Made by a program: the position numbers and the translations under genes
Shown here: positions 8,947-18,812 of the stretch, piece after piece
Layout: each line of letters begins with the position of its first letter
Numbering within the stretch: the first letter of the stretch is position 1
NCBI GenBank assembly: GCA_046757025.1
Contig: JBHHXN010000049.1
Span: 1-32,038, forward strand
Direction: 5' to 3'
Length of the DNA stretch: 32,038 nt
DNA from: a bacterium
GTDB lineage: Bacteria; Zhuqueibacterota; Zhuqueibacteria; Oceanimicrobiales; Oceanimicrobiaceae
Notes under the pieces: model-generated
What the model was told of the DNA's origin: nothing
Databases searched by the model: none
What the model saw: the letters and a program-made list of their open reading frames with translations, nothing else

Positions 8947-10647
8947 TCAGGCTCCTTTTCCACTGAAACGACCTTTTAAAATCATGCCGGGCAAATTTCC
9001 CGAATGCGCGCCTTTTTCAATCACCACCTCTCCGTTTACCAGCACAAACTCGATGCCTGTAGGATATTGATGGGGTTCTGAAAAAGTCGCCCGGTCTTGA
9101 ATCGTCTGCGGGTCGAATACCACCAGGTCGGCCATGAATTTGGTGGCAATTTGACCGCGGTCCACCAGGCCAAACCTTTGCGCCGGCAGGCTGGTCATTT
9201 TGCGAATGGCTTCCGCCAGCGACATGGCGTTTTGTTCACGCACGTATTTGCTCAGCACGCGCGGAAAGGTGCCGTACGAGCGCGGATGCGGATTACCTTC
9301 GCTCAACGGACCGTAGGTCGCCAGCGCCGAGCCGTCGGAAGCCGGCATGCATTTGGGATGGCTTAAAATGCGCGCAGTGTTTTCTTCGCTCATGCCAAAA
9401 CCCACCATGCCCACGCGATTCCTTTCTTCGATGATGAGCGAGCGAGTAAATTCAAACCCATCCTGATTTGTTCCCGCCACAATTTCGGCAACGGTTTTGC
9501 CCTGATAGGCTTTATTTTTTTCCAGGCTCACAGAGGTGATCATGACCGAATCCCACGAGCCCAGCAGTTGAATTTTATTCAGGGTGGCGGCTTTGATTTT
9601 AGACAGCACCTCCGGATTATTCAATCGCTCAATAAACTTTTCAGTACCGCCCTCCCGGCTCCAGATCGGCATCAAGCTGGCCAAACCAGTGCTGTACGCC
9701 ACATACGGGTAACGGTCAAATGTTACCGAAAAAGACTCCGACTGCGCCTGGTCGATGAGCGCAAAAATCTCATCCAACTTGCTCCAGTTGCGCTGCCCCT
9801 GACATTTCAAATGCGAAATGTGCAAGCCCACCCCCGCGCCTTTGGCGATGGCGATGGCTTCTGCCACCGCTCCCACCACCCCGTCATCCTCATTTCGTAT
9901 ATGCGTGGCATACAGGCCAGAAGTGCCCTGCATCACGCTGCAAAGCTCGGTAATCTCTTCGGTTGAGGCAAAACCGCCCGGCGTGTATTCCAGACCGGAA
10001 GAAATTCCCAGCACTCCCTGATCCAGGGCCTGCCGGGCTAATTCTTGAATCTGCGCCAATTCTTCCGAACTGGGCTTGCGGTCAACCATGCCCAGGACAC
10101 ACCGCCGCAACGTTCCCTGTCCCACCATGGAACCTAAATTCACAGCCGTGCCCTGTCGGGTGACAGCCTGAAAATAGCCCTCAAAATCGTGCCAGTCCAC
10201 GGACAGCCCGTAGCGCTCCTGATAACGTTTATGCCTAGCAACTCTCATCTCTTCGGTTAACGGCGCCATGGAACCGCCGTCCTGCCCGAGAATTTCTGTG
10301 GTCACGCCCTGCCGAATTTTGCTCTCCGCTCTTGGATTCACCAGGATGCGGCGGTCGGTGTGGGTGTGCACATCGATGAAACCCGGCGCGACGGTCAGGC
10401 CGTCAACATCGAGCACTCGGTACGCTGTGAATTCCTGTAAATTGCCAATGGCCAAAATACGTTTATTTTTGATGCCCAGGTCGGCGGTGAAGGCAGCTTC
10501 GCTGCTACCGTCAAAGATGCTGCCGCCTTTAACGATCAAATCGAAATCGTAAGATTTGTGACAGGCGGGAGACAAGATTTGAAATCCACCCAGTCCAAAC
10601 AGCAAACCTGTTTCACCGGCTTTTTTGAGAAAAGTTCTGCGGTCCAT
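8947..10647 (-). CDS. N-acyl-D-amino-acid deacylase (D-aminoacylase)-like amidohydrolase with Tat signal
   Basis: MDRRTFLKK twin-arginine motif. PGFIDVHTH, YATHIR, ISHLK, ASDG, HPRSYGTFPR and ADLVVFDP match the D-aminoacylase family. Confidence 0.88.
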   Translation of the reverse strand: MDRRTFLKKAGETGLLFGLGGFQILSPACHKSYDFDLIVKGGSIFDGSSEAAFTADLGIKNKRILAIGNLQEFTAYRVLDVDGLTVAPGFIDVHTHTDRRILVNPRAESKIRQGVTTEILGQDGGSMAPLTEEMRVARHKRYQERYGLSVDWHDFEGYFQAVTRQGTAVNLGSMVGQGTLRRCVLGMVDRKPSSEELAQIQELARQALDQGVLGISSGLEYTPGGFASTEEITELCSVMQGTSGLYATHIRNEDDGVVGAVAEAIAIAKGAGVGLHISHLKCQGQRNWSKLDEIFALIDQAQSESFSVTFDRYPYVAYSTGLASLMPIWSREGGTEKFIERLNNPEVLSKIKAATLNKIQLLGSWDSVMITSVSLEKNKAYQGKTVAEIVAGTNQDGFEFTRSLIIEERNRVGMVGFGMSEENTARILSHPKCMPASDGSALATYGPLSEGNPHPRSYGTFPRVLSKYVREQNAMSLAEAIRKMTSLPAQRFGLVDRGQIATKFMADLVVFDPQTIQDRATFSEPHQYPTGIEFVLVNGEVVIEKGAHSGNLPGMILKGRFSGKGA

Positions 10648-10692
10648 ATTTGTGCCTTTGGATTTAAATTCTGGCGAACTCTTATTTCCTGA

Positions 10693-11727
10693 TTATTGAA
10701 CAGAAACGGTAAACGGCACCGCGAGTTTTTCCCAGCGCAACACCACCTGAGCGGAACGCACGACCTTGCTGGCATCGGGCGTCAAAATAGGAAAGCTGAA
10801 CAGCATCCGTTCCTGCAAGTCGCCGGTTTGCTGCGGTTTCACCTGGATGCGCAGGGCGTCTTCTTCCTGTTTGTAGTCGCGGCTGCCCCACAAACCGGCG
10901 TTGTTGCTGAATATGACGGTCCATTCATTTTCGCCGGGGATGGTATGTATTCCGTAGGCGCCGGCTGAGAGTTTCTGGCCTTCGATGGTCACATCACCTG
11001 AAACAGAAAGCGTGGTGTTCTCATTTGCGCCGGTGCGCCAGACTTTATCGTAAGGAACCAGCGCGCCCCAGATTTCTCTTTCTTTCACGCCCGGCCGGCT
11101 GAAGGTAAAGGCGACTTTTGTCGAATCACCCAGCACCTGCCAGACCGTGGCTTTTGGGCTTAAACGAGGCTTTTCAGCAGATACGGTGGTTTCGATATTA
11201 AACGGAACCGCTAATTTTTCCCAGCGCAGCACCACCTTTGCGGAAGTAGCCGTCAAATCCTGAAAGCTGAAATCCATCCACTCTACATGATCGGCTGCCT
11301 TTGGAGTTACTTCGATGCGCAGCGCATCCTCACTTTGCTTGTAATTAAACGCTCCCCACTGGTCGGCTTCTTTGTTGAAAATAACCGTCCACTTAGTTTT
11401 AGTGGGAATGGTAAATAAAGCGTACGTGCCGGCGGGTAACTTTTGTCCCTCCACTACCAAATCTTTATTAAAAGAGATGGTGGTGGCTACGTTGGCGCCG
11501 GTGCGCCAGACCTTATCCAAAGGCACCAGCTCGCCCCAGATGGTTCGGCCTTTCACCCCTGGACGGCTGTAGGTGATGGTCACGGTGGTGGAATCGCCAA
11601 TGGTCTGCGCCACACTGGCCATGGGACTGATGCGCGGTTGGGGTTGGTTGCTGCTGGAGCTTTCCTGACAGGCCAACAAAATCAACCACATCAAACTGAA
11701 TAAAATTGCAAACTTAAATATTTTCAT
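10693..11727 (-). CDS. Lipoprotein with two tandem DUF2911 domains
   Basis: Start moved to ATG at 11727 (GGGAGGA RBS; MKIFKF...LILLAC lipobox). Two copies of the SP.A.V.Q...[YF]SRPGVK.R.IWG.LVP..KVWRTGAN motif typical of DUF2911. Confidence 0.85.
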   Translation of the reverse strand: MKIFKFAILFSLMWLILLACQESSSSNQPQPRISPMASVAQTIGDSTTVTITYSRPGVKGRTIWGELVPLDKVWRTGANVATTISFNKDLVVEGQKLPAGTYALFTIPTKTKWTVIFNKEADQWGAFNYKQSEDALRIEVTPKAADHVEWMDFSFQDLTATSAKVVLRWEKLAVPFNIETTVSAEKPRLSPKATVWQVLGDSTKVAFTFSRPGVKEREIWGALVPYDKVWRTGANENTTLSVSGDVTIEGQKLSAGAYGIHTIPGENEWTVIFSNNAGLWGSRDYKQEEDALRIQVKPQQTGDLQERMLFSFPILTPDASKVVRSAQVVLRWEKLAVPFTVSVQ

Positions 11728-11891
11728 GGTTCCTCCCTGTAGATAAATAATTTTGATGTTAAAGATAATAAAAAATATGTGGTTTTCAACAAAATAAATC
11801 ATCTGCTGACATTTTTTTATTCATGGGAACCAGCAAATACCAAGTATGACCGAAACACCTTCTCTGACACGGGTGTGTGAATAAAAAACGC

Positions 11892-11920
11892 TTGACAATT
11901 TTCCATTATATTGATAGCTT
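11892..11920 (+). promoter_or_regulatory. Sigma70 promoter for the esterase gene
   Basis: TTGACA-N17-TAGCTT with an extended -10 TG at 11912-11913. AGGAGG RBS precedes ATG 11982. Confidence 0.7.
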
Positions 11921-11981
11921 ATTTCACTTTTCTTAACCATTCCCAATTATGCTGCTCAACCAAATTCAGGAGGGTGTGTGA

Positions 11982-13742
11982 ATGAAAAAGCACAAATTTC
12001 GTTCTCATCAACTAGTTCTATTTATTTTAATCAGGGTGTTGATGATTCCGCTTTCGGGAATCGCGAGTCCCAACAAACCAACCAGCGAACTCAAGTTCGC
12101 CATCTCCTTCACCGAACAAAATAGTAAGGAACCACTCGATGGGCGTTTGCTGCTCATGCTTTCAACCGACGACAGCCGGGAACCGCGCTTTCAGATTAGC
12201 GACAGTCCGAACACGCAGCAAATATTCGGCATCGATGTGGAGAATCTGAAAGCCGGCGAAGCGGCTTTCATCGACGAGCGGGTATTTGGCTACCCTTTAA
12301 AAAGCCTCGCCGAGCTGCCGGCGGGTGAATACCGGGTACAAGCCCTGCTGCATCGTTACGAGACTTTTCACCGCGCCGATGGACACTTGGTGAAACTGCC
12401 CATGGATCGCGGCGAGGGCCAACACTGGAACCGGGCGCCGGGAAACCTTTACAGCGCCCCGCAAAAAATTAAGATCGATCCGCAAAGCGACGACGTCATC
12501 AAGATCACCCTCGACCAGAAGATCCCACCGATTCCCGAACCCAAAAGCACCAAATACATCAAATACGTGAAAATCAAGAGCAATCTACTGAGCGAATTCT
12601 GGGGCCGGCCCATGCATCTTGCCGCCTTCGTGCTGCTACCCGAAGGCTTCGACGAGCATCCGGAGGCGCGCTACCCGCTGGTCATCAACCACGGTCACTT
12701 TCCATCCCGCTTCAGCGGTTTTAGAGAAACGCCGCCGAATCCAAATTTGAAACCCGAATACAGCGAGCGATTTCAACTGGAGGGTTACAATAAAATCGTG
12801 CAGGATTACGCTTATCAATTTTATCAGGACTGGACTGGCCCGGATTTCCCGAGAGTGTTGCTGATCAAAATTCAGCACGCCAATCCCTTTTACGACGATT
12901 CGTACGCGGTGAATTCAGCCAACGTCGGTCCCTACGGCGATGCCATCACCCACGAGCTGATTCCGTACATCGAGCAGAAATTTCGTGGCCTGGGCGAAGG
13001 CTGGGCGCGATTTCTTTACGGCGGCTCCACCGGCGGCTGGGAAGCGCTGGCCGTGCAAGTGTTTTATCCCGATGAGTACAACGGCTGCTGGGCAGCCTGC
13101 CCCGATCCCATCGATTTTCGCGCTTACACCATCGTCAACATTTACGAGCACAAAAACGCCTACTATGTGGACAGCCAGTTCAAGAAAACCCCACGCCCGG
13201 GCCGACGCAACTATCTGGGGGAAATCAGCGCCACACTCGAGGAGATGAACCACCGCGAGCTGGTACTCGGCACCAGAAGCCGCTCCGGCGATCAGTGGGA
13301 TATCTGGCAGGCGGTTTACAGTCCCGTCGGAAATGACGGATATCCCAAACCGATCTGGGATAAACTGACGGGCGAAATCGATCATACTGTGGCAGAGTAC
13401 TGGCGGGAAAATTACGATTTGAGCTACATCCTGAAACGCGACTGGCAGACGCTCGGTCCCAAACTCAAAGGCAAGATTCATATTTATTGCGGCGATATGG
13501 ATAATTACTACCTGAACAACGCGGTGTACCTGACCGAGGAGTTTCTGGCAAGCACGGAAAATCCCCCCTACGACGGAGAAGTGGATTACGGCGACCGCGC
13601 CGAGCACTGCTGGAACGGCGATCACCAGCGGCCCAATGCCATTTCCCGGCTGCGCTATCACCAGATGTTTATTCCGCGAATCGTCGAGCGCATTTTAGAA
13701 TCGGCACCAGCGGGGGCGGATACCACCAGCTGGCGTTACTGA
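11982..13742 (+). CDS. Secreted alpha/beta-hydrolase (putative esterase family) with an N-terminal beta-rich domain
   Basis: Signal-like N-terminus. S.LLS.FWGRPM.L.AFVLLP.G, nucleophile elbow GGSTGG (GxSxG), G.MDNYYL and a C-terminal EHCW His. Confidence 0.75.
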   Translation: MKKHKFRSHQLVLFILIRVLMIPLSGIASPNKPTSELKFAISFTEQNSKEPLDGRLLLMLSTDDSREPRFQISDSPNTQQIFGIDVENLKAGEAAFIDERVFGYPLKSLAELPAGEYRVQALLHRYETFHRADGHLVKLPMDRGEGQHWNRAPGNLYSAPQKIKIDPQSDDVIKITLDQKIPPIPEPKSTKYIKYVKIKSNLLSEFWGRPMHLAAFVLLPEGFDEHPEARYPLVINHGHFPSRFSGFRETPPNPNLKPEYSERFQLEGYNKIVQDYAYQFYQDWTGPDFPRVLLIKIQHANPFYDDSYAVNSANVGPYGDAITHELIPYIEQKFRGLGEGWARFLYGGSTGGWEALAVQVFYPDEYNGCWAACPDPIDFRAYTIVNIYEHKNAYYVDSQFKKTPRPGRRNYLGEISATLEEMNHRELVLGTRSRSGDQWDIWQAVYSPVGNDGYPKPIWDKLTGEIDHTVAEYWRENYDLSYILKRDWQTLGPKLKGKIHIYCGDMDNYYLNNAVYLTEEFLASTENPPYDGEVDYGDRAEHCWNGDHQRPNAISRLRYHQMFIPRIVERILESAPAGADTTSWRY

Positions 13743-13855
13743 TTGTTTGTTAAACGGAATTCTCCATTTCGCTCTACAAGCTCTTTATGATATTTTTAAG
13801 GATTGCAATTAACCTAATCGAATTCTTAAAGCCAAAATAATTCAGGAAAAAAGAC

Positions 13856-15028
13856 ATGAACCATCTGGATAGTTTCGTTTTCGCAATCATTTTATTAGCG
13901 AGTGTCATGTGTCAGCAGCCAGACAGTGAAAGTACCGGCTCTGCGGAAAAATCCGCCGCCGTTGTACAGCCAGCCAACGAGCTTTTTACTTTGTCGCCTC
14001 AGACCGCATCCAACTTTGCGCGCATCGCACTAAACTGCATTCAGCGGGAATACCCAAACAAACCGGGCCACGTCATGAACGACGCGGCGGAAGTCCAGAA
14101 TCCCAGAACTCTGCACCCGGCCTTTTACGGCTGCTACGACTGGCATTCGGCGGTGCACGGCCACTGGATGCTGGTGCGGCTGCTCAAGCGCTTTCCCGAC
14201 CTCGCGGAAGCGGAGGAGATTCGTTCGGCGCTCGATCAAAATTTAAGTTCGTCAAATATTGCCACCGAAGTCCGCTATTTTAATCAAGCCAGCCGCAAGT
14301 CGTTCGAGCGCACCTACGGCTGGGCCTGGCTGCTGAAATTGGCTGTGGAGCTGTATTCCTGGAAGGACGCCGAAGGCCAGAAATGGCTGCAAAATTTACA
14401 GCCGCTGATACAAACCATTGTGAAACGCTATCACGGCTTTTTACCAAAACAGACTTACCCCATCCGTCGCGGCGTGCACCCCAACAGCGCCTTTGGTCTG
14501 GCCTTTGCGCTGGATTACGCCCGCACGGTTCAGGACGAAAGGCTTGCCACGCTGTTGTCCGAACGCAGTCTGACTTTTTTTGCAAAGGATGAAAACTGTC
14601 CGGCCGACTGGGAGCCGGACGGCGATGATTTTTTTTCTCCCTGCCTGATGGAAGCCGACTTGATGCGCCGGGTTCTGCAGCCCGATAAATTTACTGAGTG
14701 GTTTGAGCGCTTCTTACCACACCTGAAAAACGGCGAGCCCGCATCGCTGCTATTTCCAGCCATCGTCACTGACCGCAGCGATCCCAAAATCGTCCACCTG
14801 GACGGGCTGAATCTCAGTCGCGCATGGTGCCTGGCCGGCGTGGCCTCCGCTCTGCCGCCAAACAGCCCGACGCATGAGGTGCTCGTGAACGCAGCCCGAC
14901 GGCACGCCGAAACCGCCCTGGCCAACGTGGCCAGCGGCCATTACGAAGGCGAGCACTGGCTGGCTTCGTTCGCGGTCTATCTGCTGTCGGTGTGGTCGGA
15001 TTCCAGCTCTGAAAAAAATCATCATTAA
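13856..15028 (+). CDS. DUF2891 family protein, probable lipoprotein
   Basis: EYPNK, HPAFYGCYDWHSAVHGHW, FERTYGWAW, HLDGLNLSRAW and YEGEHWLASFA are DUF2891 motifs. N-terminal hydrophobic stretch ends in Cys. Confidence 0.85.
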   Translation: MNHLDSFVFAIILLASVMCQQPDSESTGSAEKSAAVVQPANELFTLSPQTASNFARIALNCIQREYPNKPGHVMNDAAEVQNPRTLHPAFYGCYDWHSAVHGHWMLVRLLKRFPDLAEAEEIRSALDQNLSSSNIATEVRYFNQASRKSFERTYGWAWLLKLAVELYSWKDAEGQKWLQNLQPLIQTIVKRYHGFLPKQTYPIRRGVHPNSAFGLAFALDYARTVQDERLATLLSERSLTFFAKDENCPADWEPDGDDFFSPCLMEADLMRRVLQPDKFTEWFERFLPHLKNGEPASLLFPAIVTDRSDPKIVHLDGLNLSRAWCLAGVASALPPNSPTHEVLVNAARRHAETALANVASGHYEGEHWLASFAVYLLSVWSDSSSEKNHH

Positions 15029-15037
15029 GCCAAAACC

Positions 15038-15538
15038 ATGATCGACATCTACCAATTTCTCAACCAGCACCACATCGCATACCAGCGGCACGATCACCCG
15101 GCGGTTTTCACCTGCGAGGAAGCGGATCGGCTGGTACCGGATTTACCCGCCGCAAAAACCAAAAATCTATTTTTACGTGATAACAAGGGCCGCAACCACT
15201 TTCTGGTGATCGTGGGCAGTGAAAAATCGGTGGATTTGAAAGCGCTGCGAGACGTCATCGGCAGCAGCAAATTGAGCCTGGGCTCGGCGGAACGCCTGCA
15301 AAAATATCTCGGAGTCACGCCCGGAGCCGTTTCGCTTCTGGCGCTTGTAAACGACGTCGCGCACGCAGTCAAACTTTTTGTGGATAGAGATCTGTGGCAG
15401 GCGCCGGCATTTCGCTTCCACCCGTTGGTAAACACCAGCACCCTGGTCCTCGGCCGGCAAAAGGTCGAACGGTTTTTGAAAGCCACCGGACATGAGCTAA
15501 ATGTCATCGATGTACCGGCTTTTGAAAAAAACGAGTAG
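15038..15538 (+). CDS. ProX/PrdX (YbaK superfamily) aminoacyl-tRNA deacylase, prolyl-tRNA editing
   Basis: HPAVFT.EEA, KNLFLRD (conserved Lys), LGVTPGAVS, FHPLVNT. Confidence 0.9.
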   Translation: MIDIYQFLNQHHIAYQRHDHPAVFTCEEADRLVPDLPAAKTKNLFLRDNKGRNHFLVIVGSEKSVDLKALRDVIGSSKLSLGSAERLQKYLGVTPGAVSLLALVNDVAHAVKLFVDRDLWQAPAFRFHPLVNTSTLVLGRQKVERFLKATGHELNVIDVPAFEKNE

Positions 15539-15552
15539 AGAACTAACTCAAA

Positions 15553-16974
15553 TTAAATTCTTTCCAGCAGGCTCACCAGCTCGATGTGCGTGGTCATGGG
15601 GAACATGTCCATCGGCTGCACCTGCCGTAACTGGTAATCGGATTCACAAAAGGCTCGGGCGTCCCGGGCAAAGGTAGTCGGATTGCAGGAGATGTAAACG
15701 ATTTTTTCTGGTTGCAGTCTGAGCACCGCCTTTAACACATCCGCGTGCATGCCGGCGCGCGGGGGATCGATAAAGACGGTTGCAGGTTTTTCACTCTGAA
15801 TGATTTCATCGAAATTCAGGGTTTCCTTCAAATCGCCGCTTACAAAGGTGCAATTTGCAACGCCGTTCAATTGACAATTCAATTCAGCGTCTTTCACGGC
15901 GGATTCCACCAGCTCAAACCCGAGGACTTTTTTCACGCTTTCAGCCGCACACAGTGAAATGGTACCCGCGCCGGAATAAAGGTCATAAACCGTCTCCTTC
16001 ATTTTCAAATCGGCAAATTCAAGCGCTTTGTCAAACAGCCATTCGGCACCTCGGGTGTTGGTTTGAAAAAACGAATTGGCGGAAATTTGAAACACGCGAT
16101 CGTGAATTTTTTCTTGAATGTATCCCGGACCGAATAGCACAATCTCTTCGTCGCCAAAAGCCACCTGCGCTTTTTTGCGGTTGATGTTGTGCACAACGGT
16201 GGTGATTTCTGGAAAAGTCGCCACGAGCTGTTCGGCCAGTTTTTTCACGTCATCAAAATAGTCAGCCACATCGGCCGTCACCAGATTGACCATGCAATCG
16301 TGGGTATTTTTGCTTTCACGCATGACCAGATACCGCCAGAACCCGGCGTGATCGCGGGTACTGTAGACCGGCATGCGCATGTTCAGAACAAATTTTCGAA
16401 CGAAGCTCAGTATCTCGATGGTACGAGGTGATTGTAAATAGCACTCGTCCAGGTCTAATATCTTATCGAACCGGCCGCGCACGTGCAGACCCAAAGCAAA
16501 ATTTTTGGGTTTGGTCAGCTCCTCCCGGTCGATTTCGTTTTGAGTCACCCAGCGCTGTGTTCCAAACGAAAACTCCATTTTGTTGCGGTAATAATAGGGC
16601 TCGGGTGAAGCGAGGGCTGGCTGCACTGGCGGATTTTTTATGCCGCCGATATGCTCCAGCGATTCCACCACTTGCTGCTGTTTGTATTTTAACTGAGCTT
16701 GATAATCGAGATTTTGAAAGCGACAGCCGCCGCATTCGCCAAAGTGCGCACATTTTGGCGCCACTTCTTCGGGAGATTTCTTTTCCACACGGAGACACTT
16801 TGCCTCTGCAAATCCTTTGCGTTTGCGGGTAATTCTGGCCTGGACGGTCTGACCCGGCAACGCGTCCTCCACAAAAATCACCAGACCGTCCACTCGCACC
16901 ACACCTCGTCCGCCAAACGCCAGCGTTTCGATATCCAGTGCAAGCTGGTTCCCTTTTTTTATTTTTTCACTCAT
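15553..16974 (-). CDS. rlmD: 23S rRNA (uracil-1939-C5)-methyltransferase
   Basis: TRAM domain, 4Fe-4S motif CAHFGECGGC, YRNKMEF, SFFQTN, DLYSGAG, DPPRAG, YISCNP, DMFP.T.HIE. Confidence 0.93.
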   Translation of the reverse strand: MSEKIKKGNQLALDIETLAFGGRGVVRVDGLVIFVEDALPGQTVQARITRKRKGFAEAKCLRVEKKSPEEVAPKCAHFGECGGCRFQNLDYQAQLKYKQQQVVESLEHIGGIKNPPVQPALASPEPYYYRNKMEFSFGTQRWVTQNEIDREELTKPKNFALGLHVRGRFDKILDLDECYLQSPRTIEILSFVRKFVLNMRMPVYSTRDHAGFWRYLVMRESKNTHDCMVNLVTADVADYFDDVKKLAEQLVATFPEITTVVHNINRKKAQVAFGDEEIVLFGPGYIQEKIHDRVFQISANSFFQTNTRGAEWLFDKALEFADLKMKETVYDLYSGAGTISLCAAESVKKVLGFELVESAVKDAELNCQLNGVANCTFVSGDLKETLNFDEIIQSEKPATVFIDPPRAGMHADVLKAVLRLQPEKIVYISCNPTTFARDARAFCESDYQLRQVQPMDMFPMTTHIELVSLLERI

Positions 16975-17032
16975 GCAAATTACAACCGCTTATTTTGTAG
17001 ATACAAAAAAGATCCAATCTACGCCACAGAAA

Positions 17033-18217
17033 TTATACTGAAATGGTTACGATCTCTTTCTGAATCGGGCCGAACACTCGAGGGCCTTCTTCTGAATAAT
17101 AGACGTTGATCTCGCTGCGCACGCCAAACTCCGTTAAATAGATGCCGGGCTCGATGGTAAAGCCCACCCCCGGAATGATGTCGCGTTGATCCTGGGTTTC
17201 CAGACTGTCGATGTTCACACCGTTGCCATGCAGGTGGGTATTCAGACTGTGGCCGGTACGGTGATCGAAATAGTCAGCATAGCCGGCAGCCGCGATATAT
17301 TCCCGCACCTGTTTATCAACCTGCCAACCCTGAACAGTCTGGCCCTGTCTTGAGGCATCCTGTAAAAACTGCAAGCCGGTGTCGCGGGCTTTGGTCACGA
17401 TATCGAAAATCTCCAGGTGCTTTTTGTCAGGGGTGTCTCCCACGAAACCCATCCAGGTGATATCGCCGTACACGGCCTGGGGGGTATTTTGTTTGGCAAA
17501 CAGGTCGATCAAAATCAAATCGTTTTTCTGGATTGAGCTGAATTTGCTGGTCGTGGGTGAATAGTGCGGATTGCTAGCGTTGGCATTCACCGCCACGATG
17601 GGCGGCTCGTCTGTCACCAGATGCAGCCGTTCAAAACAGTTCAGAATGTACGCCTGAACGTCAAATTCAGTCACTTCTTCACCGGCTTTAATGCGATCTC
17701 CGATGAGCTCAAAAGCCTGGTTTTTGATCTTTTCCAACGTTTCCACTGCTACCCGGTGCGACTGTACTTGTTCCTTTGTCCAGCGCGACTGAAAAAACTG
17801 CACCAGATTGGCAGAGGTCACCACCTCGACACCAAGACTCGCAATCATTTCCAGGGTGCCGCCATCCACACACGACACGCACGGAATGGCGCCCTGCGGC
17901 GAATATTCCATGGCGATCACTTTCCAATCGTTCAACATATCCTTGAGACGGGCTATCAATTCCTGCCAGCTCACGTAGTACTGCGTTTTTTTGGGGGGAG
18001 CTGGAAAATTATCGCGTTCAATTTTGTGTACCAGCAGCGTGGGCTCGCCGTTTTGTGGGATAAAATAAAACCACCGGCGAGTCAAAATCGTATCTTTGTT
18101 CAGATCGAATAAATTAGCCGCGATGTAATTTTGACCTCGAAAATCGAATAACAGCCAGCCGTCGACATTTTGTTCACGCAGATATTCTTGTATCGCATCA
18201 ATTGCTAATTTAACCAT
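17033..18217 (-). CDS. M24B Xaa-Pro aminopeptidase/dipeptidase family protein
   Basis: Start moved to ATG 18217 (AGGAGGG RBS 7 nt upstream; removes the overlap with NlpC). Metal ligands in DLFAK, GDIT, HRTGH, TIEPGIY, RSEIN. Confidence 0.9.
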   Translation of the reverse strand: MVKLAIDAIQEYLREQNVDGWLLFDFRGQNYIAANLFDLNKDTILTRRWFYFIPQNGEPTLLVHKIERDNFPAPPKKTQYYVSWQELIARLKDMLNDWKVIAMEYSPQGAIPCVSCVDGGTLEMIASLGVEVVTSANLVQFFQSRWTKEQVQSHRVAVETLEKIKNQAFELIGDRIKAGEEVTEFDVQAYILNCFERLHLVTDEPPIVAVNANASNPHYSPTTSKFSSIQKNDLILIDLFAKQNTPQAVYGDITWMGFVGDTPDKKHLEIFDIVTKARDTGLQFLQDASRQGQTVQGWQVDKQVREYIAAAGYADYFDHRTGHSLNTHLHGNGVNIDSLETQDQRDIIPGVGFTIEPGIYLTEFGVRSEINVYYSEEGPRVFGPIQKEIVTISV

Positions 18218-18266
18218 GCATGGTCCCTCCTGTTTGAAATATTGTAGATGAACTGCCAGAGAGGAA

Positions 18267-18812
18267 TTATCTTCTAAAAACTTTTCTTGCTCCGATAAAT
18301 CGTTTGCGATAATATGCTTCATTCAAATTGGAAATTACCACCCCCTTACTAGTGCTGGCATGAGCAAATTTGTTTTCACCTAAATAGATTCCAACATGAG
18401 AAACACCGTAATTTTCGATATTCTCAAAAAAAACCAAATCGCCAAATTTAAGCTCCTGCTTTTCGATAAAACGACCGGACTTGAACATATCTTTAGCCTT
18501 GCGCGGCAACGATATGCCGGCCGCATTTTCGTAAACCGTACGTACGAAACCGGAACAGTCCATGCCGCTGCGGGAGGAACCGCCCCACTTGTACGGTACG
18601 CCGAGGTAGGACTCAATCTCTCGCGTCATGAGTTGTTCAAATGAAGACGCCGGTCGCGCTCTGTTTGCACGGTTTCTTTCAGAATGCGACGGGGTAGGCT
18701 GCCTGGCATCCGGCTCAGTAAACTTTGGCTTCGGTTTTAAGCCAACACAGTGTATAGACATGAACAACACGCCGATGAAAAAAAACCTGGATATTCTTTT
18801 AATTAACCGCAT
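18267..18812 (-). CDS. NlpC/P60 (C40) cell-wall endopeptidase, probable lipoprotein
   Basis: YLGVPYKWGG, DCSGF (catalytic Cys), GDLVFF, SHVGIY, FAHAS. Confidence 0.93.
   Translation of the reverse strand: MRLIKRISRFFFIGVLFMSIHCVGLKPKPKFTEPDARQPTPSHSERNRANRARPASSFEQLMTREIESYLGVPYKWGGSSRSGMDCSGFVRTVYENAAGISLPRKAKDMFKSGRFIEKQELKFGDLVFFENIENYGVSHVGIYLGENKFAHASTSKGVVISNLNEAYYRKRFIGARKVFRR

Noticed and set aside
11728..11802. N-terminal extension of the DUF2911 ORF
   Set aside because: The RBS and signal peptide point to ATG 11727. The extension is AT-rich promoter-like sequence.
11855..11876. ACACC/GGTGT inverted repeat
   Set aside because: A 5-bp stem is expected by chance.
12915..13661. 248-aa minus-strand ORF
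   Set aside because: It lies entirely antisense to the esterase and has no motifs or RBS. It is explained by codon bias on the coding strand.
18218..18322. N-terminal extension of the M24 ORF in the track
   Set aside because: It overlaps NlpC/P60, and a strong RBS supports ATG 18217.
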